A DNA stretch of 63,163 nucleotides, counting the filler, from Octopus bimaculoides (lineage: Eukaryota): NCBI RefSeq assembly GCF_001194135.2. It is 4 parts of 3 records of this genome, joined end to end, with 100 filler letters (N's around TTAATTAATTAA, not from the genome) between each part and the next. Parts side by side here need not be neighbours in the genome. Positions count along the whole stretch, not along the records: positions 1 to 28,068 come from NC_068982.1; positions 28,169 to 39,114 come from NC_068991.1; 2 more parts are not named here. One strand, written 5' to 3'. Position numbers and translations under genes: made by a program. How positions within the stretch are numbered: position 1 is the first letter of the stretch; each line of letters starts with the position of its first letter. Below, in pieces: positions 25,044 to 37,297 of this stretch. A model generated the notes under the pieces. The model made no database searches. It saw nothing but the letters and a program-made list of their open reading frames with translations, and was not told the origin of the DNA.

Positions 25044-26304
25044 TACAAGTGGGTCAGCAAAACTTGGAATGTTTTGGAAGCCTTATTTTTCAAATATTCC
25101 TGAGTGTAAATACTAAACTATTCTTTTCTATTTCAGGGTGGAGGTATATAGAGTTAATTTAAGCAGAGATTCTAGTCATACGATCTAACATGTTCACTCA
25201 AGAAACCAAAAGACAACGCATTGCAGATTTGCTTTGTGCCGGGGTTGCGATTAGACGTATTGCTGAAATTGTTGGGGCATCTGTGAGCACTGTCTACAAA
25301 GTAAAGAACTGAATGCTTGATATGAATGCTGCATCAAGAGAAAGCCAGGAAGTAGAGGCATAAAGGAAAATCTATAGTAATGCATTTCTTACATCTTGCA
25401 AAGCCAAAATTTCGAAAGACCCAACAACAGCCATGAGAAAACTGTCCATGGACATGGAAACCGATCCAAAGACCATCAGAACTGCTGTACACACTGATTT
25501 ACAGTTGGGGACATACGTGAGGACCCCGAGACAACCATTGACCCATGCAATGAAAGGCAAAAGCATGAAAAGGCCAAAAAAGTGTTACGATATCTGAAGC
25601 ACAATTGACAAACCGTCAAAATCTTTTCAGATGAAAAAATCTTTACCGTTGATGCTGTTTCAAACTGTCCCGATGATCGATGCATTGCTAAGTCACCTTC
25701 TGAAGTAAAAGGAACCTTTAGGAACAAGGACCCAACTCAAGTCATGGCGTCTGATGTAAAAAAGATGCCTCTTCATTTTTTTTCAAGTCTGGGTAAAAGT
25801 TTACTATAAAGTCCTGCAGTTTAAGGTTTTGCCTTGGCGGAAGTCTAGCTACCCCAACGGTAAATGTGTGTACCCAATACGGTGCTCCTGCTCATACGTC
25901 GAACGAATTGTAGACATTCTGCGAAGACAACTTCACTGACTTTTGGTCTGCCAACTTCTAGTCTTTCTCCAGCCAAGACTTGAATCCCCTGGACTATGCC
26001 GTATGGGGGAAATTGAAGCATTCTACCAACAGAACTTCGCATCCAAGTGTTGATCATCTTAAGGAAGTCCTAAGGGAAGAGTGGGAAACATGTCAGAGTA
26101 TTTCATCATGAAGAGTTGTGACACCTGCAGGCGGCGTGTGAAGGCTGTGGTGGACAATGAAAGCGAACATATTGAATAAGTTGTCTCTTTATACATTTAT
26201 AAACCTGTGTTAAAATTATATTTCTGTCAGGTTGCTAGTTGTTGTAAAATAAGCAACTTGGTGAAATATCTATCATTTTCCAAGAGTTGGTTCCCCATCC
26301 TGTA
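25044..26304 (+). mobile_element. Tc1/mariner-superfamily element, probably maT/DD37D type; near full length, decayed
   Basis: KRQRIADLLCAG; TVKIFSDEKIFTVDAVSN; DLNPLDYAVWG; TACA..TGTA termini with weak TIR similarity. Confidence 0.8.
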
Positions 26305-26479
26305 TATATCAGAATTGCTTGGTTCTGTATGTGAGAGTGTTAGGATTAATTACACATAAGAAATTAAGAGAGAATTAAGGGAACATACCTATGATTAATT
26401 ATTCCGTGTGTTGTATGATGTCTTATGATATCGCTCCTGCATACGCACATCTGTGCCCCACTCATATATATATGTGGGG

Positions 26480-26506
26480 GGGTGTATGTGTGTGTGCGTG
26501 TGTGTG

Positions 26507-26590
<84 letters not shown>
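26480..26590. repeat. (TG)n microsatellite
   Basis: Direct reading. Confidence 0.95.
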
Positions 26591-26591
<1 letters not shown>

Positions 26592-27234
26592 TCGTAGATA
26601 TATTCATTCAGAAATATAATGAAAGAGAGCTAGGGGAAAATAATAAATAATACACGAATCCAACTGAGTTGGAAAGAAGCATTGTCATGAAGTTTTCGAA
26701 ACGTACGGTTTTCCCCATATTCTTCTAGATGGAATATGCAATTTGAATTAATATTTCAACTGTGTTGTACTAGATTTGGGGGAGAAGCGTAAAGAAACGA
26801 CTGGCGAATATATAAACGTAGACAGCATTGTCCAATCCACAAACATAATTTAGCATCAAAAGCCCAAATATATGCTCTATCTTCTACCATTAACATGTTA
26901 ACGGCTTCCATACTGACTGTTGTCGAACGAATTAACACGGCGACTATGATGGTTTATCAATGGATTGTTAGCCGGGTACCATCTCTACAAATTTTATGAC
27001 TATACATTTCATTCTGATGCCTTTCTATACATTTATTCATGATAATCATGATCGTTAACAGATATGATTATACTGTGTGGCTTACACAAAGTTATCGATA
27101 TATTTAGTTTCCATACAAAAACTTATAACATATTCATTCTTCGTGGGGATGGGGGTGAGAATATTAGGGAGATATACGCTAAGTCGTCTTTCGAAAGCTA
27201 AACCTGTCACTGAAAACTAAAAATGTATTTGCCC

Positions 27235-27267
<33 letters not shown>

Positions 27268-27421
27268 TGTATGTATGTATGTATGTACGTATGCATGTAT
27301 GTATGTTTATATAATTAATGGAATGACAGGTGGAAAATGTCAAGAAGCATATATAAAAATTTCAATAAATATTTTCTATCACACTTTCAAAGTACTCAAT
27401 GAAATTATGTGCGTGTGCATG

Positions 27422-27464
<43 letters not shown>

Positions 27465-27474
27465 NNNNNNNNNN

Positions 27475-27518
<44 letters not shown>

Positions 27519-27739
27519 AGAATGGTACATATAAAACACTGACTTTATTTCTACATGTCATTCGACATTCTGTTATATTTATGTATTATCACTCTGAGGT
27601 ATGAATTACACTTTGTGAAAGCTTTTACACTAAACAAATATTCTCATTATGTCTATAAAATATTTATAAGCCTCACTAATATTGCAAGCACACGCCTTTA
27701 TATATATGTGTGTGTGTATGTTTGTATGTGTGTGTGTGT

Positions 27740-27892
27740 GTATGCAGGTGAGCACATAAGTGCAAAATAAGGTGGAAACATTTTACTCGAATACAGAAGG
27801 TAGAGTAATTTGCTTTTATTAGAGCTGCAAATTATCACAAGACTATTACTCAGTCTCACGTTCCCGTTCGTCAGACAGTTGTAATGGAAACT
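27740..27892 (-). mobile_element. Short HHR-bearing repeat; same family as 62640-62820
   Basis: Shares TTACTCTACC..TATTCGAGTA..ATGTTTCC and ACTGT..ACGGGAA segments with the 62.7 kb copy; microsatellites on both sides. Confidence 0.65.
27842..27879 (-). ncRNA. Minimal type I hammerhead motif with one core change (GAGAC for GAAAC)
   Basis: ACTGT-CTGACGA-ACG ggaa CGT-GAGAC-tga-GTA-ATAGT: stem I 5 bp with one G-U, stem II closed by a GGAA tetraloop. Confidence 0.65.
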
Positions 27893-27928
27893 ATATATGT
27901 AAACAGGTTATATATATATATATATATA

Positions 27929-28036
27929 TGGGAGAATATACGAAAAAACAACAACAGACGAGGACAGGTGGTGTAAATAACAAAAGGATGTATTAGTATG
28001 ACGCTCGGGAATACGGAAAGTCTTTGACGTTTCGAG

Positions 28037-28037
<1 letters not shown>
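27929..28037 (-). mobile_element. Short repeat between (TA)n tracts carrying the 3' half of a hammerhead (GCTC-GAAAC-GTC-AAAG)
   Basis: 28022-28037; the CTGANGA half is absent, with (TA)n in its place. Confidence 0.4.
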
Positions 28038-28068
<31 letters not shown>

Positions 28069-28112
28069 NNNNNNNNNNNNNNNNNNNNNNNNNNNNNNNN
28101 NNNNNNNNNNNN

Positions 28113-28124
28113 TTAATTAATTAA
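28113..28124. other. Assembly linker TTAATTAATTAA inside an N-gap
   Basis: Identical 12-mer flanked by Ns at three places; stops in all six frames. Confidence 0.9.
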
Positions 28125-28559
28125 NNNNNNNNNNNNNNNNNNNNNNNNNNNNNNNNNNNNNNNNNNNNGTGGATGTTACTGTTGCTTTTAGCCCCAGGAG
28201 GACATCTCCTCCAGCTGGCTTATCGACACACGACTGTGTCCTGTTTGCCAAGGGAAGTTATCCCTCTCACCAACATCTGCAGCACGAACGGATCCGGATT
28301 TCAGGGTTATTTCCCTTCGTCGGCGTTCGATAGCTGCTGACCTTGGTGAGAGAGACAAAAACCTGGCAATCTTATATCTTCTTTTCCAGTGAAATTCTTC
28401 ACTGATATCGAAAAGGTGAAAACAAGCAATGTTAATTCTCTAAATGAAGTATTAACAGTAACTGCAGTTGAGCAGTGGGGTCGATCTAAACGACTTTTGT
28501 CTACCTTAACATTACTGGTATTGAACCAAATAAAAAAAGGATTATTACATCTCGTATAT

Positions 28560-28775
28560 AAAGTGGCGAGATGGAAGAATCGTTAGCATGCGAGACAAAA
28601 TGCTTAGCAGCATTTCTTCCGGCTCTTCATGGTCGGAGTTCGAATTCCGCTGAAGTCGACTTTGCTTTTCATTCCTTTGGGGTCGATAAAATAAGTACCA
28701 GTGGGGTCGATGTAATCGACTAGCTTTCTCCCGCAACATTTCAGGCCTTGTACCTATTTTAGAAAGGATTGTTAT
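28560..28775 (+). mobile_element. SINE (GGCGAGCTGGCAGAA family)
   Basis: Family motifs present. Confidence 0.8.
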
Positions 28776-29020
28776 CTCTCCTGTATCTCCAGAAGCCATC
28801 ATTATCATCATACATTTACATTTCGTCCGGTCATTCACATACGTTGCTTATGTATTAAAATTCCGTACACTTTATCAATTAATATCATCTCTAATTGTTG
28901 TACGAAATTCATCATATTATATTATCTTTGATGTGTATGTCAATCGTTACAATTAGTTATTTGATTAATATTGGAAGTGGCCATTAACTTATTCGATAAT
29001 TTAATTAATGTTATGTCTTA

Positions 29021-29069
<49 letters not shown>

Positions 29070-29402
29070 TATCCAATATTATCAGTACAATCTGTTGAGA
29101 GGAAATGCTGTTATATTTCGCATAATGCATTTTATTTTGGCTTCATATGTACAATACATTGATTTATCGCATGCAGTTTATCGCGTGTATCTTTGGCACA
29201 TGTATGTCACGTGCAACTGTCTGTATATAAGTACGGCACTGTAAAATGAATCCCCATTTAGATTAAAGTTAGACACCAGCCATTGTGTATGTAGCTTGGC
29301 TATAACTTGTATATTTGCAAGGTGTCGTATTCCAGAAATGAATTCTGACTTTGAAAAGAATTACTCTGGTTCGAAAACATAACATATAATTATCAATATA
29401 TC

Positions 29403-30045
29403 TAAGGCGGTGAGCTGGCTGAATTGTTAGCTTTGTGAGCAAAATACTAAGCGGCATTTCGCCCGTTTTTACATTCTGTGTTCAAAACCTCTCATCCTTT
29501 CAAGATCGATAAGATAAGTACTAGTTAAGAGGTCGATGTAATCGACTTACCGACTCCCTGAAATTGCTTATCTTGTGCCAAAATTTGAAGCTATGATTAT
29601 TATTATCATTAAGGCGGCGAGCTGGCAGAATCGCTAACCCGCAGGGCAAAATGCTTAGCAGCATTTCGTCCATCCTTACGCTCTGAGTTCAAATTCCGCC
29701 GAAGTCAACTTTACCTTTCATTCTTTCGGGATCGACGAAATAAGTACCATTTGAGTACTGGGGTCGATGTAATCGACTAGCCCCTTCCCCCAAATTTCAG
29801 GCCTTGTGCCTATAGTAGAAATTTTAATTATTACTATCATTAAGGCGGTGAGCTGGCAGAATCGTTAACTCGCAGGGTAAATGCTTAGCGGCATTTCATC
29901 TAGCTGTGCATTCTGAGTTCAAACTCTACCGTGGTCGACTTTCAGGAACTATGAAATAAGTACTATATTTGTTCACTGGGGTCAATGAATTTGACTTACT
30001 CCCTCCCCCAAATTTCTGGCTTTGTGCCTACAGTAGAAAGCAACA
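29403..30045 (+). mobile_element. Three head-to-tail copies of the GGCGAGCTGGCAGAA SINE, separated by short (ATT)n tracts
   Basis: Heads at ~29405, ~29611 and ~29843. Confidence 0.85.
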
Positions 30046-30229
30046 TAATTATTATTTCTAGTGACTATGTGGGCGTTAAAGATGAATTTATATTTCTATG
30101 ATGCTACAATAATTTAAATGCTGTTCGATCTGGTAGAGTGAAGGTGCGTGGCCTTATAGTTAGATCGTGATTTCGATACCCGGACCGAGCGATGCGAGGA
30201 CATTGCTTGGTCCTAACAGAAGAGTTACA

Positions 30230-30780
30230 TTCTGGCTGTAGCATAGCTAAGGGGTGAGTAGTAGGCTGTCGGCTCCAGGCGGTGCTTTTTTGAGGTGGCA
30301 CTTTTGGGTCTGCTGTATGGGCTATATTACCTAGGTAAATAGGGCGGCACACTCAAAGGCAGCACCGGTTGGCACACACTCTTACTACACCAGTGCTATT
30401 AGGGCCAGTGGTCATGTTGGAATGACTGGAGCTGCATTCGCATTTGCTACGTGGAAGCGAGCTTGAACAAATGGCAGTGATAGTTGCAGAGGAGTTTTAC
30501 CTTGGGTAGCTGCTGCTTCATGATAGGGCTGGGGTCATCCCAGGTTAATAGTCCCAGAGATGTTATCGTGCGTAGAGCCTACCAGGTCCACCAGTGTTCT
30601 CTATCGCTGTCGGTCCCGTACCAGATCCTTTGCATCCTCGAAGGTAACGTTGAGCCTCTGGAGATCTTTAATCACGTCCAGCTATCTGCTGTATCGAATG
30701 AGAGTAAAGTCCTGGAGGTTTTCTGCACGAGCTGATGTGAGAGTGCAATGTATAACAGACATGTAGACGTCAGAGTTCGG
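30230..30780 (-). pseudogene. RTE-clade LINE 3' end plus probable 3' UTR
   Basis: R*LDVIKDLQRLNVTFEDAKDLVRDRQR*RTLV matches the RTE C-terminal 'RW.D.I..D...EDA..L..DR..WR..V'. Confidence 0.65.
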
Positions 30781-31609
30781 TAAAAAAAAACATAGAAGAA
30801 TGGAAAGTGAGACCAAAATCACGTGGGATACGTTAAGTCAGCTGTAGCATTCGTGATAGTAAATGTGGTCGCAAAAAAAAAACGTGTTTTGGTAAAGATA
30901 AGAGATGAACAACACAAGACAAGAGAACCAATGTCAAAGGGGAAACTAAGATACTTTATCGTAATGTGACATAATCTTTAGTTTTTTATTTTATTTTATT
31001 AATTAATTAATTTATTTATCATTTATGGCGCTGGCGGATAAAGATTAAGTATAATGATAGTAGAAAATTGCAGAAATTTCAAATATCAAATGAAATAGTA
31101 GAATTCAGGAAAATTGGCAAATAAATAAAAAAATATTTGCAAAATAAATCATTTTGTCGTGAGTCAACTCTGATAGAAAACCTTTCTTCTCTCCTCTATG
31201 AAGTGTTCTGTCCGAATCATAAGGTTTCTCCCTTTTCTTGTGCTAAAGGTGCTTATTCCACTTAGCAATCTCTTTCTACATTGTATTCGTCTCGTAGACC
31301 TTCACAAGTTTCCTCGAATTCTAGTAATTTCATTTTGGTTATTGTGAGTCTAGCGGAGATTATATTCATACTAACCGTACTGTTGCAATGTTTTTATATT
31401 ATACAACGTTCAAAATTTTCAATGTCTTTCGAACAATCGCTTATGATCAATACTTCCTGTTATTAGAATGTTTCTCCTCTTCCGGTGATATTGTTTCTAT
31501 CGGAAGTTAACATTTTTACCACCAGCCATATTTACTCCCTTCTGCACTCTGAGTACGATCCTATGGAGATCAACTTCACCTTTCATCTTTTCGAAGTCCA
31601 TAAGGTAGG

Positions 31610-31745
31610 TGCAGGCATAGCTGTGTAGTAAGAAGCTTGCTTCCCTAACATGTGGTTTTGCGTTCAGTTCCACTATGCGGCACTTTGGGTAAGTTTTTTC
31701 TACTACAGTCCCGGGCTGGCCAAGTCCTGACAGAAGCCCGTCGTA
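31610..31745 (+). mobile_element. CORE-type SINE, 5' part
   Basis: GGCATAGCTGTGTAGTAAGAAGCTTGCTTCC head. Confidence 0.7.
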
Positions 31746-33279
31746 TGTGTGTGTATGATAGACTCTCCCGTCGAAGACGACGTATGAGCGTTCAGTTTTT
31801 GCCGAGCGACCTGAACAAATAATTTGTTTATAGAGATCAAATGTATGTGTTGTACATTAGCTCACACTTTACATCAAATCGACGTTGACTGAACAGGTGC
31901 AATGTGTACCACGCGTCAGGTGTAGAAGTGATCTCAGAGTAACGTAAGGTGAGGTATTTTACTCAAGAACACAACGCACCACCCGGTCTATANNNNNNNN
32001 NNNNNNNNNNNNNNNNNNNNNNNNNNNNNNNNNNNNNNNNNNNNNNNNNNNNATATATATGTATGTATATATATGTCCCCGTATCTAGCGGTTCGGCTAA
32101 AAGAGACCCATAGAATAAGTATCTTTTTAAAAAAATACTGTGTTCGATTTATTCGGCTAAAACCGCCAAGGTAGTGTTCCAACATGGTCACAGTTCAATG
32201 ACTGAAACAAATGAAAGATAAGTTCCAGAACAATGGATTGAAGTAATTGACAGAACGTCGGACGAGCTGCCCTGCAATATCTGTTCCGGCTGTCTGTGTT
32301 CTGAGTTCAAATCCTGTCCAGGTACTGGTGGATAGAAAGCCGTGAGTCAGCATTTATAATAATAAAAGTGAGATTCTGTCTGTTCTTCTTGGACCCCTGT
32401 ATCTCAGTCTACATTTGCTTTATATCGACATATTATATCTTTTTGGAATCAGGGTGATCCCGGGATAGAAAATCTGCCTTTCATTTGGTTCTTGAACATC
32501 TAGCAATGATTCACGACATCTTGGTTGACGTTTGTCAGATGATGTCAGAGATCAAGTGGGGATGGGATAAATGACATTCACTTCGTTGATTTTATGTCGA
32601 GATAAGAAGTTTGGGACAAACTGGCCAACAGTTGGAATTCAGGAACAATAACATGATTGCATTACAGAATTAATTTTTAACCGTCCTTAACCTCTGATCA
32701 AACACAATCGGGGCTTATAGTCATTATAGACGTATTATAGTCATGCTATTGAGTTCTCTTTAGTCTTGGGCCACAAGCCCAATTAGCCCTCCGCAGGAGC
32801 TAGCTTAAAAGTCCGCATGGAGTACGACTATTAAACTAGTTGCTAATAAATCTTGCTTCTCTCTCTTACGAAGTGTTCTGCAACAGCATATTGAGGCTTC
32901 AACCAGCAGTTGGATCAAAAACAGGCGAATTAAAAATAGAAACAGTGTTCTTCCCGAAACCCTACACTCAACTAGTTTCCAATTTTTCCTATCCAGGACT
33001 GCAACCATTTCTGAATTCTCTCGCTGCATGTAGGCACCAACTTACAGATGATCAAGCTGCATATCAGCCACATCGACCACATCAATCTTTGGGTTGAGAA
33101 GAAGGCAGTACAAAGGTGAAGGTCGACAAATCGCTCCAGCACAACATAAGAAATAATTGTTTAAACGTTTAAACGTATTTAACCAGTGAATGATAGTTTC
33201 TACATCACAAAAATGAAGTAAAACCGTGAGAAAGCTAATTTTGGTTTCCTTTAAAAAAAATAACAGTGATAAGTAGATA

Positions 33280-33432
33280 TGGCTATGAGGTTAAGATACT
33301 CGCTTTGTAACCACATGGTTTCAGGTTCACTCCCACTACATCTTGGACAAGTGTCTTCTATTATAGTCCCGGGCCGACTAATGCCTTGTGAAAGAATTTA
33401 GTAGACAGAAACTGAAAGAAACTGCTCATGTA

Positions 33433-33468
<36 letters not shown>

Positions 33469-33483
33469 GGAGAGAGGGAGAGG

Positions 33484-33522
<39 letters not shown>

Positions 33523-33524
33523 GG

Positions 33525-33609
<85 letters not shown>

Positions 33610-33790
33610 CTCTTCATGTCTGTGTTTGTCCACTCCCGTAACCTAGTAGTTCAGTAAATAACACCGACAGAGTAAATACGAGACTGAAACAAAAAAAAAA
33701 ATTACGGGAGTCGATTCGTTATACTAAAACTCTTCAAGGCGGTGCCCCAGTATGGCTGCAGTCCAATGATTGAAACAAGTAAGAGATAAA
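33280..33790 (+). mobile_element. CORE-type SINE with a ~180 bp internal (TG)/(GA) expansion
   Basis: Head and CORE 33280-33425, microsatellite 33430-33607, tail GGTGCCCCAGTATGGCTGCAGTCCAATGATTGAAACAAG. Confidence 0.8.
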
Positions 33791-34459
33791 TGATAAAAAG
33801 ATAAATCATAGGTAGATACATCGTGTGACAAAATAACGAAGGAAAGATTTGATCACGGAATTTCCATGCCGGACGTAATAACACCAAAATGTAAAATTTT
33901 AAGGAAAAAACGAAATCAGAAAAAGAAAAAAAAAAACCGACAAAAATACGCATGCTCCGGATCTTAAAACAATTTCATCCTGTCTGTATTATTGGTGCAG
34001 GCTTGACGCAAGAGTGAGTATTGTCAGAGAACTTATGAAGTAAAGAAAGGATGTGTTGTTTTGCATTCTATTGTGCCGGTGTTCTAGTGAGTAAATAGTG
34101 TAGCTGTTTTTGGCAGCAATATCCGTATATACCCGAGATTGCCAGTTGGTGTTCTTGCTGGAATCGGCAATTATTCTATTCAATATTGTTGATTATTTAA
34201 CCATTTAAGATGTCCAGTTGCTTTACATTCTTCCCTATGAAATGGTGTAGTTACACCGAGTCTCTCCTTTCTCACAACCGCTGTGTTAAAACCGTTAAAG
34301 CCGAAAATTTTTTTAGGTCCATAACATGACCAAAATATTCTCTTTTTTTATTCACTGTTTCACTTTTTCACCTCCGAATTTCTGAAATTATTAGTTGTTG
34401 GTCTTCTCCTTCTCCTTCTCCTCCTCCTCCTCCTCTTCCTCATCATCATTAGTATTATT

Positions 34460-34955
<496 letters not shown>

Positions 34956-35292
34956 TCGTTATACTGTTGATACTTTTATTTTTTCGATTCTATAAATATG
35001 AATGGCAAGATTTGGGCTGAAGCCTTCTGAACGATATATCGAAAATAATAAATACAGGACTAATTGAAACGTAATTTTATTCTGTTGAAAATGCACAAGG
35101 TTAATATAATTCCTATTTACCACGAGTATACCTGTCTGTGACTAATCCGTGTGGCATTAAATTTACATACACAAATGACAATGCAGTGCTTGTGAATAAC
35201 ACATAGACGTCTGATAAACGTTCTTTTAGTACGAGCGTGTCGACCGTATGTGCATATAAACATTTGTTTGAGTGTACGACTAAGTACGTATG

Positions 35293-36028
35293 TATAGGGG
35301 GTTCCTATAAGGTTGTTATCCACCCCTGATTGGAACTCTCCCGTATGACATGTACGCATGCTCAATGACTTGCTTTAACAGTTGCAATCAGCTGAATGCA
35401 CATTACCAGTGACCTTTGACATAATTACCCACACTCTGTGGTCAGGATTCTTTTTTTGGTTTGATGTCGGTATTGAAGGGATTACCAGACACCGGACAAT
35501 ACAGTGAGAGCAGCTTTCACTCACATCGTGGTATTCGATGCTGTGTACGTGTCTGTCGTGGTAAAATATGCCACTCCTTAACTGTTGCTTTGCTTTCATC
35601 CGTAGCACGAGGTAATTATGTCATTATCTGTGAAATTCGGCAACTTACAAAGATCTTTAGATCAGGCAATACTTCACCGAGAGGAGATATAAGCTTCTGC
35701 TTATTCCTGTCTGAAGTATCGTCCGATACTTCAGACTTATCGTCCGATGAATCTACTTTGTTGACATTCTTCATCGACAGAATTTTTATTCCTTTCAACC
35801 TTTCAGTCAAGTCCGCCTTTCTTCCAGTAACATACTGTCCATATAATCTTAAATATTTCTTTAACCCAGGCACAGTAAGTACTTTGATAGCTGAATCATC
35901 AAGCAGCTTTATATCCATGATAAGACGTAAAACAATAACAATGGCGTGGGTAGTCTCCGGAAGTTTAATTATCTACATGGAGCGCCGCCTAGCCAAGGGA
36001 GATAACCTACTTATAGGAAAGCCCTATA
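35293..36028 (-). mobile_element. ~736 bp TIR element carrying SAP-domain and SWIM-like coding remnants (internally deleted DNA transposon)
   Basis: TIR first 19 nt match 17/19 (TATAGGGGGTTCCTATAAG vs TATAGGGCTTTCCTATAAG); internal ORFs 35616-35918 and 35375-35608. Confidence 0.7.
35375..35918 (-). pseudogene. SAP domain plus the start of a SWIM zinc finger (frameshifted, truncated)
   Basis: LTVPGLKKYLRLYGQYVTGRKADLTERL fits the SAP consensus; HRVWVIMSKVTGNVHSADCNC is a SWIM CxC start with a stop directly after. Confidence 0.7.
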
Positions 36029-36184
36029 CACGTACCTATATATGCATATTAGAGGGCGCATATACTTGTAAGTCTGTGTATATGTGAATAGAAGTAACTC
36101 TAATAAAATAGTTTGAAAGGTAGCTAAAAATTCAGGAAATTTTGTTCCCAGCGTAGAAGAAAAGAAAAAAGCGTGTATAGATAG

Positions 36185-36470
36185 GATAATTGTATTTCCA
36201 TCCTTTCGGGGTCGATAAAATAAGTAACTGTTGAGCACTGGGGTCGATATAATCAACTTATCCCTTACCTGAAATTGCTGGCCTTGTGTCAAAACAAGAA
36301 AGGATTATTATTGTTGTTCTTGTTCTGAGTTCAAATGCCACCGAGATCGACTTTGCTTTTCATCCTTTCGGAGTCGATTAAATAAGAACTAGCGAAGCAC
36401 AGGGATCGATATAGTCAACTAGCCCCCGTTCTCCAAAATTTCAGGGCTTGTGCCCATAGAAAGAAGGATA
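36185..36470 (+). mobile_element. Two partial SINE 3' halves in tandem
   Basis: TTTCCATCCTTTCGGGGTCGATAAAATAAGTA motifs. Confidence 0.75.
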
Positions 36471-36959
36471 GTTTTTATTATTGCTTTATACAGCACCTTT
36501 GTAGAGGAATGCAACAAAATATTAGCTAGCTACAATTAGTGAACTGAGGCAACACTCTTCATTCAGATTTCAAGAACTCTGCGGAGGATTTGAGCAGTTC
36601 CAGATAAAAATGTTTTCTGTAGATGCTCAACCTTCACATTTACCCCTATCTTTTCAATCCAGTTTGTGTCCTTGGCAGTGTCTCTTTAGTGTGTTGATCA
36701 TGCGCACGCGCGCGTATATATATATATATATATATATATAATCTGGAAAACTGCATTAAAAAAATATGCATTTTTCAAAAAGTTATAAAGGAACAAATTC
36801 TAGCGTGGAGGGGTGGGGGAAAGTCGCACATCTGTAGTTATTCCTCAATTCTGTATCTTCTCCTCAAAGATTTTTCTTTCCTTTTTGGGGGGTGGAGGAG
36901 TGGGATTGGGATTGGAGGGAGGTAAAATAAATCAATATTTATAAATCGTTCAAAAGTGG

Positions 36960-37155
36960 TGGAAGGCAAACTCGGTAGAGCGCTAAGATATCTAGTTATG
37001 TGTCTTTATATTCTTAGTTCAAATTCCGCCGACATCGACTCTATCTTTCTTTATTCCTGGATCAATAAAATAAACACCATCCAAGTCGTGGGGTCGATGT
37101 AAGCGACTGTATCTCTTTCCTACAAATTTGATCTCTTGTGTCAAAGTTGAAAATC
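36960..37155 (+). mobile_element. SINE (GGCGAGCTGGCAGAA family), diverged
   Basis: GTTCAAATTCCGCCGACATCGAC; GGGGTCGATGTAAGCGACT. Confidence 0.7.
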
Positions 37156-37209
37156 AATAATTATAAATTGTTCAATGTTTTAAGTTAATCTGTCATCATA
37201 TATCTTATT

Positions 37210-37224
37210 GTAGTAGTAGTAGTG

Positions 37225-37261
<37 letters not shown>

Positions 37262-37297
37262 CAGCAGCAGCAGCAGCAGCAGCGGCAACAGTAGCAG
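37210..37297. repeat. (TAG)n grading into (CAG)n microsatellite
   Basis: Direct reading. Confidence 0.95.

Noticed and set aside
32780-33110. Coding-like segment with ORFs on both strands, possibly an RLE remnant
   Set aside because: No diagnostic motif that I can match with confidence
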